IMG/VR virus record: IMGVR_UViG_3300032053_005343
Coordinates: 64,001-128,000 of that record
DNA length: 64,000 nt
DNA from: a virus
Reading direction: 5' to 3' (one strand)
The notes under the pieces: model-generated
What the model was told of the DNA's origin: nothing
Database searches by the model: none
What the model saw: only the letters and a program-made list of their open reading frames with translations
Program-made: the position numbers and the translations under genes
In this document: piece by piece, positions 31,881-42,379 of the stretch
Position numbering within the stretch: the first letter of the stretch is position 1
How the letters are laid out: the number at the start of each line of letters is the position of its first letter

Positions 31881-32909
31881 TTATTCTGGTTCTAGTCCAT
31901 TGTGTTTTAGAAAATTTTCAAAACCTTTACCCTTTGGCTCTTTCCAGTCGCAGTCGGTGGCTAACCCGATCCCTTTCCCTCCATAGTCTTTGTATTCGGC
32001 GTGGTCTGGATCTTCATATCTTCCGAGAGTGTCTTCGTAAGCCTTATAAGTTTTAATCATTCTTTTTTCAAAAGTTCCATTTGCTTTAGCTTCCTCTATA
32101 TCTTCTTCTATGGTTGATCTCCACTCTAATGGATATCCCAATTTAACACCATGTTTACCTAATTTTTTAACGTCTTCTTCTGTAGCTCTGCGAGTGACTA
32201 TACTGTTTCTCCCCATATATCTGTCGTTATGAATAAGATCGTACTCATCTATCTCCTCTTCCTCTTCTATTTCTGAATCATTTTCTTCGTTTTCACAACA
32301 ACATTCATCCAAAGCCCCATTCGCTTCTGCCTCGGCAACCTCTTCTTCAGTTGCTTTTCGAAGAACTGTCAAATTACCAAATTTTTGGCCTGTTAAATCT
32401 TCTTCTGGTTCCTCTTCTTCGTCGTCTCCTGTTAATATTCTTTTTGCTCCACTATAGATACCTTCTGCAAGAACAGTAATTCCAAGAGCAATTGTAAAAT
32501 TTTGATCATCGTCATATACTTGTTTAAGGGCATCATTATTAAACGAATCGGCAATAGCAATGGCGGAACATGTTTGAAAAATGAAAACTATACTCTCTAA
32601 AATTTCGGCACTAAAAAATTTATCTTTAACATATTCTTCAACAAGTTCGCCAAGTGCTTCAAAAGAATTATCGGATTTTATATCTTCTTTCTTATCTTTC
32701 TTAAATTCTTCTGCCATTTCAAGTATTGCTTCTACTACTTCTTGTTCTTTGTGGCAAAGAAATTTATTAGTTATAATATCACACTTAAGTTTTACAAGCT
32801 GTAATGAATTTGCAACATTCTTTAATTCTTCTTTTGTGTCAATAGCAATAGTTTCTACTCCATCTTTGTTTGTTATTTTTGTTTTCTTTGTTAAATTTTT
32901 CTTTTTCAT
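31881..32909 (-). CDS. Acidic protein containing degenerate fragments of the DLTG-family HNH endonuclease
   Basis: DLTGQKFGNLTVL and KTYKAY...YKDYGGKGI...W...GKGFENFL; no DRIDNN region. Confidence 0.65.
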   Translation of the reverse strand: MKKKNLTKKTKITNKDGVETIAIDTKEELKNVANSLQLVKLKCDIITNKFLCHKEQEVVEAILEMAEEFKKDKKEDIKSDNSFEALGELVEEYVKDKFFSAEILESIVFIFQTCSAIAIADSFNNDALKQVYDDDQNFTIALGITVLAEGIYSGAKRILTGDDEEEEPEEDLTGQKFGNLTVLRKATEEEVAEAEANGALDECCCENEENDSEIEEEEEIDEYDLIHNDRYMGRNSIVTRRATEEDVKKLGKHGVKLGYPLEWRSTIEEDIEEAKANGTFEKRMIKTYKAYEDTLGRYEDPDHAEYKDYGGKGIGLATDCDWKEPKGKGFENFLKHNGLEPE

Positions 32910-32930
32910 TTATTTTCCTTTATTATGCAT

Positions 32931-33052
32931 TTAAATATTTCCACAATGGATTTGTATTTTTAATTGGAAGTTGTATATTTTTGTACATCTCATCATATTA
33001 CAACTTCTAGTTTTCCAAACACTTGTCCGGTTAAATCAATAAGTTTGCGCAT
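32931..33052 (-). pseudogene. Remnant of a DLTG-family HNH endonuclease gene
   Basis: MRKLIDLTGQVFGKLEVVI* (33052-32993), then MMRCTK... in another frame. Confidence 0.65.
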
Positions 33053-33056
33053 AATT

Positions 33057-34244
33057 TTAATCCACAAAAATAGGAGCTTCTACGGTTTTGCCCCATATCG
33101 GATGTACCAAAAAGAATGATTGTTGGGGCTTTTCAAACGCGGCCTTTATACTAAGACTATAAGGCCCATACCCAATTATTGATCCATTTACTATAAAATT
33201 CTTGCTTGACAATCTTTGGTGCCAATGCCCAAAGACATCTAGATCAGCATATTTACCCTGGTTCCATTGGGCTATTGCCTTATTAATGGGGATACTAATA
33301 CCCCCCACGCCACCAGAGTATCTTATGAAGTTTCCGTGATGAAATCTTACGGTATAGTCATATATATCTAAATAATTAAAATATCCTCTAGATAGTTTAA
33401 ACTTAATTATATCTGATTTTTCGTAGTGGCTTGACAAGAAATTGTATATTAGCCATTCGTAATTGTTTTCCACGCAGGTGGATATTCTAATTTTTTCTGT
33501 AGTACGAGAGTGGTTGCCTACGCTTGTTACTATTACTATCTCGTTGAAATCTCCGGCTTCTATCAGAAAATCTATTGCTGAAACACATAGTTTATAAACA
33601 TCTATACTTGCCTCTATTGGACTCATGGCGTTGTTTTCCACAAGCTCCTCATGAATATAACCCGATATCAAGTCTCCCCCTAGCCACAAGACAAGTTTTT
33701 TAATATTTGATTTACTTCTGCACATTTCTATTAATTTTAATCCATTCTGAAACACTTTATGGAATCTCTCTTTTGCTATTGTTATATTATATTCATTTAA
33801 ACCGTCTACCGTTCTAGGATCAACGGTTTCTTCATAGTGTAAATCGGAGCATAAAATAATAGCTGTTGATTCGGAGGGCTTTCCTTCAGAAACTATTTTA
33901 ATTTTTTCGTGTTGAATTAAATCTATATTTTTACTAAACAATTCTATTGTATTAATTTGTCCAGACTGGTCCTCAAAAAGTTTTAGAAGTTCTTCGTATT
34001 TTTTCTGAAGATCTCTTTTTTCTTTGACAACTGTTTTCAACTTAGAATCAAGACCAATTTCTTGTTCCGGAGAGAGCATGGGGGTTCCAGAAACATATCC
34101 TTTATCCAGTGCCTTGTTGTATCTTCCTGACAAAGTTTTTCTAGGTATTTTCAAAACTTTTGCCGCTGCCGCAATAGAACCATATTTCTTTACTGAATCT
34201 ACAGCTTCTTGGAGATTTTTTCTTTCATCATTCACTAAATTCAC
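33057..34244 (-). CDS. HTH plus coiled coil plus calcineurin-like metallophosphoesterase
   Basis: SIAAAAKVLKIPRKTL; SDLH, GGD, GNH, HHG, GHWH. Confidence 0.75.
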   Translation of the reverse strand: MNLVNDERKNLQEAVDSVKKYGSIAAAAKVLKIPRKTLSGRYNKALDKGYVSGTPMLSPEQEIGLDSKLKTVVKEKRDLQKKYEELLKLFEDQSGQINTIELFSKNIDLIQHEKIKIVSEGKPSESTAIILCSDLHYEETVDPRTVDGLNEYNITIAKERFHKVFQNGLKLIEMCRSKSNIKKLVLWLGGDLISGYIHEELVENNAMSPIEASIDVYKLCVSAIDFLIEAGDFNEIVIVTSVGNHSRTTEKIRISTCVENNYEWLIYNFLSSHYEKSDIIKFKLSRGYFNYLDIYDYTVRFHHGNFIRYSGGVGGISIPINKAIAQWNQGKYADLDVFGHWHQRLSSKNFIVNGSIIGYGPYSLSIKAAFEKPQQSFFLVHPIWGKTVEAPIFVD

Positions 34245-34248
34245 ACCC

Positions 34249-37200
34249 TTATTCTAATGAGCATTTCCCATTAAGACAACTATTGTCAGTAGATTCTACC
34301 TTTGTTGTTATTTCTTTTAAATATTTTTCTGCTTCTTTTGTTGGAAGGGGCATTAGTGGACTTTCGCCCTTGCTTCCATCTCGGAAAATACTTATTCCTT
34401 TGAGATCATACATATACTTTTTAATTAAATTTGATAATTGATTTTTTGTTGTATCTTTGGGCAAATTTATAGTTTTCGAGATGGCTCCGTCTATATGTTT
34501 CTGGCATATTGATTGTATTTTACAGTGTTGCTCTGGGGATATTTCGTGAGCACCCTCAAAATGAGAATAATCTTTTCCCTTTTCTATAAATTCTTTTAAT
34601 AGTGGATGAATAACAATTTCTGTTGATTTATTTGTAAGTTTTGAATGAATATCTTTATGTTTATTAAAATTCCTGCGATAAACCGGAGAGAATAAAGGCT
34701 CTATACCAGAACTACAACCAGCCACTATACTTGTTGTCCCAGTTGGTTGTATAGATAATATCGCGCAATTTCTAATCCCATAAGATAATATTTTTTTTCT
34801 TGTAGATATAGTCAAACATTCTTTACAAAATCCACTTTCTAAGAATTTTTTCCTATCAAGAAGGGGGAATGATCCCTTTTCCACCCCCAAAAAAACACTT
34901 GCTTCATAAGCTTTCTTTTTTATAAAGAGCATAATTTTATCTGTTATTTTCAATGCCTCTTCTGAACTATATTTTATTCCCATTTTAAGGAACATATCAT
35001 GTAAGCCTAAAATTCCAAGCCCAATTCTTCTGTGATTTTGACATGTTTTTTTAATTATTTCGAGGGGATATTCATTTTTGTCTAAAACATTATCTAGAAA
35101 TCTTACTCCCATACGAATTGTATCATCTAATAAGTCCCAATTTATTTCATCGTTACTTGTTACATGGACAGATAAATTTATTGATCCCAGTGTACATGCA
35201 TCATATACCGGCAACCATTGTTCACCACAAGGGTTAGTGGATGACATAGGAGCAACCCACCATATATTGTTATATTTATCTGCATTACCTATAGATAAAA
35301 TTCCAGGATCCCCGCACGACAAAGAATTTTCTATTATCTTGTCGTATAACCATTTTGCTTTAACAGTTTTTATTTCTTTTCCTGCCCATTCCAATATTAT
35401 ATCTTTATCTTTTTCTACTAAGTCTAAAAATTTATCGTCTATTAATACGCTAATATTAGCATTATTTAATTCCTTCTCGTCTAATTTGACACGTAAAAAT
35501 TCTTCAATATCTCCATGATCGTATCTTAAACAAAACATTAGCGCGGAATTATGTACCAATAATCCCTCGGATATAAATTTCGCATCATGTTCAATCTGGA
35601 TATCATATGTTTCTTCTTTTTCATTTTGTCTTGTTATGCTTAAAACTTTAATAGGAAGAAAATCTCTGTCTCCTTCTGTCAAAATAAATTTTTTCCAACT
35701 ACACTCCATTTTTGCTTTTTCCGAATTCTTAAGATCTGTCCAATACGCAGGACTAAAATTCCCTCTGTTATTATATTCTCGTAACATTTTTCTTGGTACT
35801 GTTAATGAAAATTGTTCCTTTTTTCTTTCTTGGATGCCATCTCTGGCATATTTTAAAGAATATGGAGATATATCATTTTTAATTTTTTCTATTCCAAAAT
35901 AAGAAAATGCTGCAACAGAATACATGTCTTTCCATTCTCCTGTGGCTTCCCTATCAAGTCTAGTTTTAGAGACTATACCAAGAGAAGAAAGAACGGCTCT
36001 TATTTGTCTTAAAAAATCTGGATAGACGGATGATGCTATTTTGGGCAAAGTTTTCTTTTTTGTTTTTCCAAGATATCCATCTGCATCTAATAACCCCGCC
36101 AAGTATGCCTTTCTAATTTCTGGCAATCCTTGTAAAATAAAATCAGGCACGTTCATTGTTTGGTGGGGTAATTTAAATTGAGATAAGTATTCTGCAAGTT
36201 GTTTTGAACAAACACGAGGCTTACTACATTTTTCTTTCGTTTGAAAGTAATCATTTATATGTAAATTATCCCCGAATCTTTTTATATTTTTAACAATTCT
36301 ATTGTGTATTTCAGGAATATCATATGGACAAGAAAATGAAACAGTGCCCTTGTTTCCTTCGTTTAAGATTTCTACACATCCATTCCCATGCAAATATCCA
36401 AAAAGCCATGCAATTTCTGTATCCAGGGTCGGTATTGTAATATCCTTGCATGTTGTGGACATTTTTGGTTTAATATAATTATATTCGGGCAATTTTGTTT
36501 TATGCCCTTGTATTTCTTCTGGAATAAATAAAATTCTGTCCCCATAAATTAAATCTTTGGCAAGCTTCCATTCTACTTTACCAGTTAAATTTTTTAGAGT
36601 AGCCCATCTATGATTTAAAGAAGATTTAAATATACCCATTTGTGTATCAATTAAAACTATTTCTTGATTTCCGGTGCGTTCAGATGCAATAACTTTATCG
36701 TATTTGTTTAATCCCGTTTGTACAATATCTCCAATTTTAATATTTTCAATTTTGATTAGTCCGTTATAAGTATGTATTAGCGATCCCTTTGGGAGACATC
36801 TTCTCCCGCCGCCTTCTCTTAATTCATTACATATACCATCTACCATTTTCATCAAACTTACAGCCCCAGTAGCGGTTCCACCACTGCCTTTTATTGGTGT
36901 TCCTCTTGGTCTTACTGAGCTAAAATTGCATCCAACGCCACCACCAAGACTTGTAATTACTGTTATATCATATAGTAATTGTGCCCATTCTTCTCTACTG
37001 TCACCACATTTTACTACGAAACAATTAAGCATAGCAGATTTTTTTCGTCCTGCCCCACGGAATATTCTTCCGCCAGGAACTAATCTATTCTGACTCAATA
37101 TTTCATAGAATTTTTTTTCAAATTCTTTTATTTTTTCTCCATCTTCTGCACTTGCCATAAAGTTAGCTACACGACGACACGCTTCCTGGAATCCCTCGTC

Positions 37201-37278
37201 TTGACTTATCGCATAACGATCTTTAAATATCTGAAGAGCGAATCCTGAAGGTTCGTAAATTGGGAGAGTATTTTCCAC
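34249..37278 (-). CDS. Ribonucleotide reductase (probably class II, NrdJ-like), intein-containing
   Basis: LNCFV, GGGVG, NANISV, TNPCGE, CTLGSINL, RRIGLG, QPTGTTS, C-terminal CxxxxC. Confidence 0.88.
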   Translation of the reverse strand: MENTLPIYEPSGFALQIFKDRYAISQDEGFQEACRRVANFMASAEDGEKIKEFEKKFYEILSQNRLVPGGRIFRGAGRKKSAMLNCFVVKCGDSREEWAQLLYDITVITSLGGGVGCNFSSVRPRGTPIKGSGGTATGAVSLMKMVDGICNELREGGGRRCLPKGSLIHTYNGLIKIENIKIGDIVQTGLNKYDKVIASERTGNQEIVLIDTQMGIFKSSLNHRWATLKNLTGKVEWKLAKDLIYGDRILFIPEEIQGHKTKLPEYNYIKPKMSTTCKDITIPTLDTEIAWLFGYLHGNGCVEILNEGNKGTVSFSCPYDIPEIHNRIVKNIKRFGDNLHINDYFQTKEKCSKPRVCSKQLAEYLSQFKLPHQTMNVPDFILQGLPEIRKAYLAGLLDADGYLGKTKKKTLPKIASSVYPDFLRQIRAVLSSLGIVSKTRLDREATGEWKDMYSVAAFSYFGIEKIKNDISPYSLKYARDGIQERKKEQFSLTVPRKMLREYNNRGNFSPAYWTDLKNSEKAKMECSWKKFILTEGDRDFLPIKVLSITRQNEKEETYDIQIEHDAKFISEGLLVHNSALMFCLRYDHGDIEEFLRVKLDEKELNNANISVLIDDKFLDLVEKDKDIILEWAGKEIKTVKAKWLYDKIIENSLSCGDPGILSIGNADKYNNIWWVAPMSSTNPCGEQWLPVYDACTLGSINLSVHVTSNDEINWDLLDDTIRMGVRFLDNVLDKNEYPLEIIKKTCQNHRRIGLGILGLHDMFLKMGIKYSSEEALKITDKIMLFIKKKAYEASVFLGVEKGSFPLLDRKKFLESGFCKECLTISTRKKILSYGIRNCAILSIQPTGTTSIVAGCSSGIEPLFSPVYRRNFNKHKDIHSKLTNKSTEIVIHPLLKEFIEKGKDYSHFEGAHEISPEQHCKIQSICQKHIDGAISKTINLPKDTTKNQLSNLIKKYMYDLKGISIFRDGSKGESPLMPLPTKEAEKYLKEITTKVESTDNSCLNGKCSLE
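35548..36798 (-). mobile_element. Intein with LAGLIDADG endonuclease in the RNR gene (417 aa)
   Basis: GGGRR|CLPKGS...LAGLLDADG...TYDIQIE..LVHN|SALM. Confidence 0.92.
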
Positions 37279-37583
37279 TAATCAATACTTTCTTCGTATT
37301 CGTGAATTTCCGCGAGTTCTTTTTCAACTAATTCATCAATAAAATCGTCTGGACCTTCGATGGATATGAAATGACAATCTGCATCTATTTTTATATTTTT
37401 AATTTCTTTAAAATATTTATTTTTAATAAGATTTCTAATTTTATCTAAATGACGACCACAGTATTTGAGCATTTCTGAATGATTTTCTAGTCCTTGAACA
37501 ATATTATAATCCGCCCCCTCTAGACACGCTTGTAAGTCATCGCCCTGTTTAAAATATAATAAATGAATTTCTGCTGTTTTCAA
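37278..37583 (-). CDS. Hypothetical protein
   Basis: TTG start with AGGAG upstream. Confidence 0.55.
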   Translation of the reverse strand: MKTAEIHLLYFKQGDDLQACLEGADYNIVQGLENHSEMLKYCGRHLDKIRNLIKNKYFKEIKNIKIDADCHFISIEGPDDFIDELVEKELAEIHEYEESID

Positions 37584-37631
37584 AATTTGATCTCCTGTTT
37601 CTTGTTAGGGATTATACACAAGTTTGGATTT

Positions 37632-38162
37632 TTAAAATGGAATATCAATTGTTTTATAATTTTCTTCTAATATATTAATAATTGATTTGAATTCCTCAAT
37701 TAATAAATTCAAATTTTGAGGTTCCCACTCTTTCAATTTAATATCATATCCATCTAATAAATTTTTAATTATTTTATTTTCAGATTCTTTAAAATGCGGA
37801 CTTTCTGGATTTTTAGATTTTACGGGACCATAAATTATTTCTTTAATTCCGGCTTGCATCAATAAACATAAACATCTAACACATGGATGTCCAGAAATAT
37901 ATGCCTTGCATCCTTCTACACTAGAATTTGCGTTGAGTAGAGCATTGGATTCTCCGTGGATATAGACAAAATATTTGTCTGGAGCCAAATGCGAAAGCAA
38001 TTCCTCTTTGCACGATCTAGGTGTTCCGTTGTACCCCCAAGAGACAGCTTTATTGTTTTTATCTACTAAAAGGCAACCGTGGCGTGTTGAACTATCTTTA
38101 CTTTTCCTGCTAATAAATAGGGTTAATCCCATAAAATAATCATCCCAACAAATCCTGTCCAA
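37632..38162 (-). CDS. dCMP deaminase
   Basis: WDDYFM, SKD, GYNG, HGE, PCVRC. Confidence 0.9.
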   Translation of the reverse strand: MDRICWDDYFMGLTLFISRKSKDSSTRHGCLLVDKNNKAVSWGYNGTPRSCKEELLSHLAPDKYFVYIHGESNALLNANSSVEGCKAYISGHPCVRCLCLLMQAGIKEIIYGPVKSKNPESPHFKESENKIIKNLLDGYDIKLKEWEPQNLNLLIEEFKSIINILEENYKTIDIPF

Positions 38163-38182
38163 TTAATTCTCCTTTTAATCTA

Positions 38183-38971
38183 CTATTGAATTATACATGA
38201 TCTCGAATTTAAATTATTATCAAATTTTTCACCAAGAGAACCGTCTGAATTAATTTTCCACCAGACACAATATAATTTTTTGTCTTTATGCATTCCTCTT
38301 TCTATTTCTCTGTGATGATTTGGACAAAGAGAAGAAATATTTTCTTTGGTGTTGTTTTCTCTGTTCCCGTCTATGTGGTGCAAATCTATACACAAATTAT
38401 ATCTACATAAACAGCATTCTGATCCAACAGTCCCATTTTGCATTGCTTGTTTGATAGATGAATAGAAATTTTTTGACCTAAAACGTAGTTTTGTACTACG
38501 TTCTTTATATGAAGATATATGATATTTTCTTAATTTTGTTCTTATAGAGTTAATTGATAGTCCAAGTATTTCTTTTATTTCATTTAAATTTTTATTTTCA
38601 TTATATAAAATAAGAAGTTTTTGATTTTCTTCTTCTCCACCCCTTTTACGACCATTGCCTATACAATGTTTAATAGCATAAAGTTTACAATATACCTGTT
38701 TTTTAGATCTATGCAAAGTTTGGGCTATTGTTTTTATAGATATTTTTTTATAATTATCTGTTAAATAATTTATATCTTTTTGTGTCCAATGTTTTTTATC
38801 AATTGACTTAGCACAATTCAATTTGATTAGTTTGTTGTTGATAGAAGGAATTGTTCTTCCAAGATATTTAGATAATTCATGGATTTTCATTAATTTATAA
38901 TTATTTATTAACCAAATCTCGTCTTCTCTTGACCACTGCTTATTCATATTTTTATTAATTCTGAACCACAA
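38183..38971 (-). mobile_element. HNH endonuclease with Myb/HTH-like WSxEED repeats
   Basis: WSREDE and WTQKD repeats; CCLC..HHIDGNRENN..LCPNHH. Confidence 0.7.
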
Positions 38972-39689
38972 TTGGAATCTTGTTATCTTTTAAGAATCTG
39001 ATAAATGATTTCGAAGAAACATAATAAGAACAATGGAAAAAGATATACTCCCCTCTTATCGCTACCTGTACTGCAACTCCGATTAAACAATATTCGTCAC
39101 CATATTTCACAAATAATCCGCCGCCACTTGAGCCTGGAGATATTTGAGCATCACTAATTATAAAGTGCCCCGCTAATCTTGAAATTATTCCTTTAGTCAC
39201 AGATGGAAATTCCGATAATTGACAAGTACAAGAATAAACTTCTTTTATTAATTCATAATTCGTAGAAATTTTTGTTACAGCAAAATCTCGCGTAGACAAA
39301 AAAGTAATTACCATCACATCTAATTTTTCGTCACTAGAAAAAAATGTTCCATTATTAACTCCTACAACCTCCTCTTTATCATTATAAGAAGTTAACAAAA
39401 ATGGAATTTCTTGTGAAGATAATTTGTCTTCTTCAGGTATCTGGCCATTTATTAGATGGAAGGCCGTCAAGACATAATAAAGAAATTTTTCTTCCTGTTT
39501 TTCTTTACCTATGATAACCCCAGAACCATATCCAAACTCAGTTTCTATTTTTACTACCGAATCGTTCATTTTTTGAGTCGATTTAATAGGGGTACTTGTG
39601 AGAAAAAATACTGTCACACACACCATCACAAGACATACAAAATACGACGTTAATAATTTTTTATTGTTTTGAAGAAAACTTTTTTTCAT
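38955..39689 (-). CDS. Trypsin-like serine protease with N-terminal membrane anchor
   Basis: GSGV, LTAFH, D, PGSSGGGLF. Confidence 0.85.
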   Translation of the reverse strand: MKKSFLQNNKKLLTSYFVCLVMVCVTVFFLTSTPIKSTQKMNDSVVKIETEFGYGSGVIIGKEKQEEKFLYYVLTAFHLINGQIPEEDKLSSQEIPFLLTSYNDKEEVVGVNNGTFFSSDEKLDVMVITFLSTRDFAVTKISTNYELIKEVYSCTCQLSEFPSVTKGIISRLAGHFIISDAQISPGSSGGGLFVKYGDEYCLIGVAVQVAIRGEYIFFHCSYYVSSKSFIRFLKDNKIPIVVQN

Positions 39690-39708
39690 ATTATGTCTCC
39701 ATTATATT

Positions 39709-40191
39709 TTACGGCGTCGGCTTTGAATTTAAAGCTTTAATTTCTTTAAGTAGATCCAATATTTCTTTCAAAGAAGGGGTAGAGGATGGCGGTGATGGCT
39801 GATTATTTATTCCACCAAGAACACCTGGAATAGCTGAAATAGCATTATTAATGATGCTGGCAAACGCCTGCATATCTGCTTTATGGGCTTCTGCTTGAAC
39901 TTGATAGAACTGGAACATCGCCTGTGCTCTTTCTGATTCTGCGGCTATAACTGGAGACGGGCTAGAATTAACCTCCGTATCAATATCAAACGATCCAGTT
40001 GTTGCATCATATTTACCCTTAAGTTTACCATTAAATTCACTTCCTGCATCAAATGTAACACCGCGACTATTCCTTTCAAAGTGAAGTGAAGGATTACTAA
40101 GTTTCGCCGCATTTTGGGGGGAACTCAACATCGCACAACCGCCATACAAAAACATTTGTGACACCAGAGCCAATTTAATCATTTTTACCAT
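39709..40191 (-). CDS. Putative lipoprotein
   Basis: Hydrophobic leader ending LYGGC. Confidence 0.55.
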   Translation of the reverse strand: MVKMIKLALVSQMFLYGGCAMLSSPQNAAKLSNPSLHFERNSRGVTFDAGSEFNGKLKGKYDATTGSFDIDTEVNSSPSPVIAAESERAQAMFQFYQVQAEAHKADMQAFASIINNAISAIPGVLGGINNQPSPPSSTPSLKEILDLLKEIKALNSKPTP

Positions 40192-40209
40192 AAATTTCTC
40201 CTTTTCTTT

Positions 40210-40962
40210 CTATAGATTTAATACACCTTCGTTTAATTTATAACAATCCAGATTTTTATCAAAAATTATTATTTTTCTTTTAATTAATTCATACCCTATT
40301 TTCGAAATTTGAGCTTCAATTTTTCTATGAGTTGACATATTACATAAGTATAAATTTTCTATAATATTATTCGATTTATCTCCGTCTATATGGTGAATAA
40401 CTTCTTCTGTTTTTAATGATCTGCCTATATATTTCTCTATAACCAAGATATGTTCTTTAGTTTGCTTTCCTCTGTGATTATCTGGATGATAACGATTTAC
40501 AATTATATATCCGTTTTGGTTCTTATATTTTCCCATATATAAAGGATGTTTTTCTCCGCTATAATTTATACCTGTTGTTTTTGTTTTTTCATAAATATTT
40601 AATTGCTTTCTAGCTTGAACAACAACATTTTGACAAACTTGAAAACAATTTGCTACTTTTCGCCAATTTTTAAATTTATTATATGTTTCTAATAATAATT
40701 CTTTAGTTATTATTTTTCTAAAATTTATAATTGATTGAGTCGTGTTTTGATTTGTTGTTTTAGGACATCTCCAATCCTTTTTGTCTCCATATCCTAAGAT
40801 ATTAAACAATTTTTGAATCTTGCTTAAAGTTCCCCTATGCATATTAAAATATTTGGCAACTTTAGACCAATATTCTAATTCTGTATATTTTTCTAATAAT
40901 ATTTCTTTTGTGAGAAAATTATATGATGACCTCTTATACCATTTTTCTAGTTTTTCATTCAT
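40210..40962 (-). mobile_element. HNH endonuclease with two HTH-like repeats
   Basis: TKE.LLE.Y....W.KVA twice; EHILV...VIHHIDGDKSNN.IENL. Confidence 0.78.
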
Positions 40963-40967
40963 ATGTT

Positions 40968-41852
40968 TTATTTAGAAGAAAATTTATGAAGTTCTTGAAG
41001 CCTATTTTCGGCCTCTTTTTTAGTTGGGTAACATGCTAATTTCTTCCCTGTTCTTTCACTCACAACACACCACTCTTTGCCAGGAGGACCAACTTTTTTA
41101 ACAAACGCCTCGGCCTTTTGCGCATCGAACTTGTCTAATTCTTCTGAAATTGATTTAAGATCATCTTGCATAATCAAATTACCTTTCAAATCTATTCGCA
41201 GTTTATTTCTTTTTCTAATTGGAATATTTAATGCCTTTTCTAAAGACATACCATTACGAATTCTGCCACGAATTGTACTATAGTTTAAATTTTTAATTTT
41301 GCAATAATCTTTTAAACACAGTCTATCAATTTTTATATTTGTCCTTCTATTTTTAGCCTGCACGCTTCTTGTTGCTAATCTCCAGTTGTCAAGAGAATAA
41401 TCTCCATTGTTATCTATTCTATCGAATGTTAGCCCTTTGGGTATTTCACCAATATCTTTTAAAAAGTTTTCAAACGATCCGCCCTTTTTGGGATTCCATC
41501 TATCGCAAACCGTTATTGGCTTATCTCGTCCTCCGTAATTTTTATATCCTATGTGTTTTGAATTGGTACATCTTTGAATCATACTACCCCAAGCCCTATA
41601 TGTTTTTGTTCCAGAGCATCCATGAGTTTCCCCATGTTTATTTTTAATGTTTCGAAGTTGTATTTTCTCTGTGTTTAGACAACCACAACTTTTGCTGCTT
41701 CCGGACACAAGACTATTGCCATTAATTATCTTTTCATTTCCACAATCACATCTGCACAACCACCTTGTCTTTCCAAATCTATCGTTTTCCTCCCTTTTTA
41801 TTACTAATAATCTATTAAATTTTTGTTCCGTTAAATCAATAAACTTGCTCAT
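40968..41852 (-). mobile_element. DLTG-family HNH endonuclease fused in frame to a small downstream phage protein
   Basis: HNH motifs, then MQDD...WCVVSERTGKKLACYPTKKEAENRL (internal ATG at 41171). Confidence 0.75.
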
Positions 41853-42377
41853 TTAAATTTTATCACCAAACTTTAATATTAATTTTTCGGTTGCTTTTTT
41901 TTGCAAATTCAATATAGAATAAGTTGAAAATCCCGTTTTTTCTGTAATTTCTAAAAGAGTCATATTACTTAGATATCTCAGTCTCAGAACTTCCGCTTCT
42001 TCTTCTTTTAAAGAATCAAACATTTCTTCAATAATAAGTCCCGATCCGACTGGCTCGTTATATTCAGCATTAATAAACTCTTTTCTTAATTCTGTTTCGT
42101 ATCTCGTTGCTTGTTTTATGTTTGAATCTATAAAATGTCTTATAGACCCACTTACACGATGATAAAGAAAAGTATTAAAAGCACCTAAAGTTATATTAAA
42201 ATGAATCATAGAATATAAAAGTTCTGTTCTTGCAATTGAAAGAAAATCGTTGAGATAATTTTCATCATATCCTTTTCCAAATTTTTTAAACAAATCATTT
42301 GCTATTTTTTTTAATAAGTTATATTTTTGTTTGTAATAAAAATCAAAATATCCACTGGTTATTCTTCTTTTAACCAT
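41853..42377 (-). CDS. RNA polymerase sigma-70 family factor (regions 2 and 4)
   Basis: FNTFLYHRVSGSIRHF; LKEEEAEVLRLRY..MTLLEI. Confidence 0.75.
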   Translation of the reverse strand: MVKRRITSGYFDFYYKQKYNLLKKIANDLFKKFGKGYDENYLNDFLSIARTELLYSMIHFNITLGAFNTFLYHRVSGSIRHFIDSNIKQATRYETELRKEFINAEYNEPVGSGLIIEEMFDSLKEEEAEVLRLRYLSNMTLLEITEKTGFSTYSILNLQKKATEKLILKFGDKI

Positions 42378-42379
42378 TA

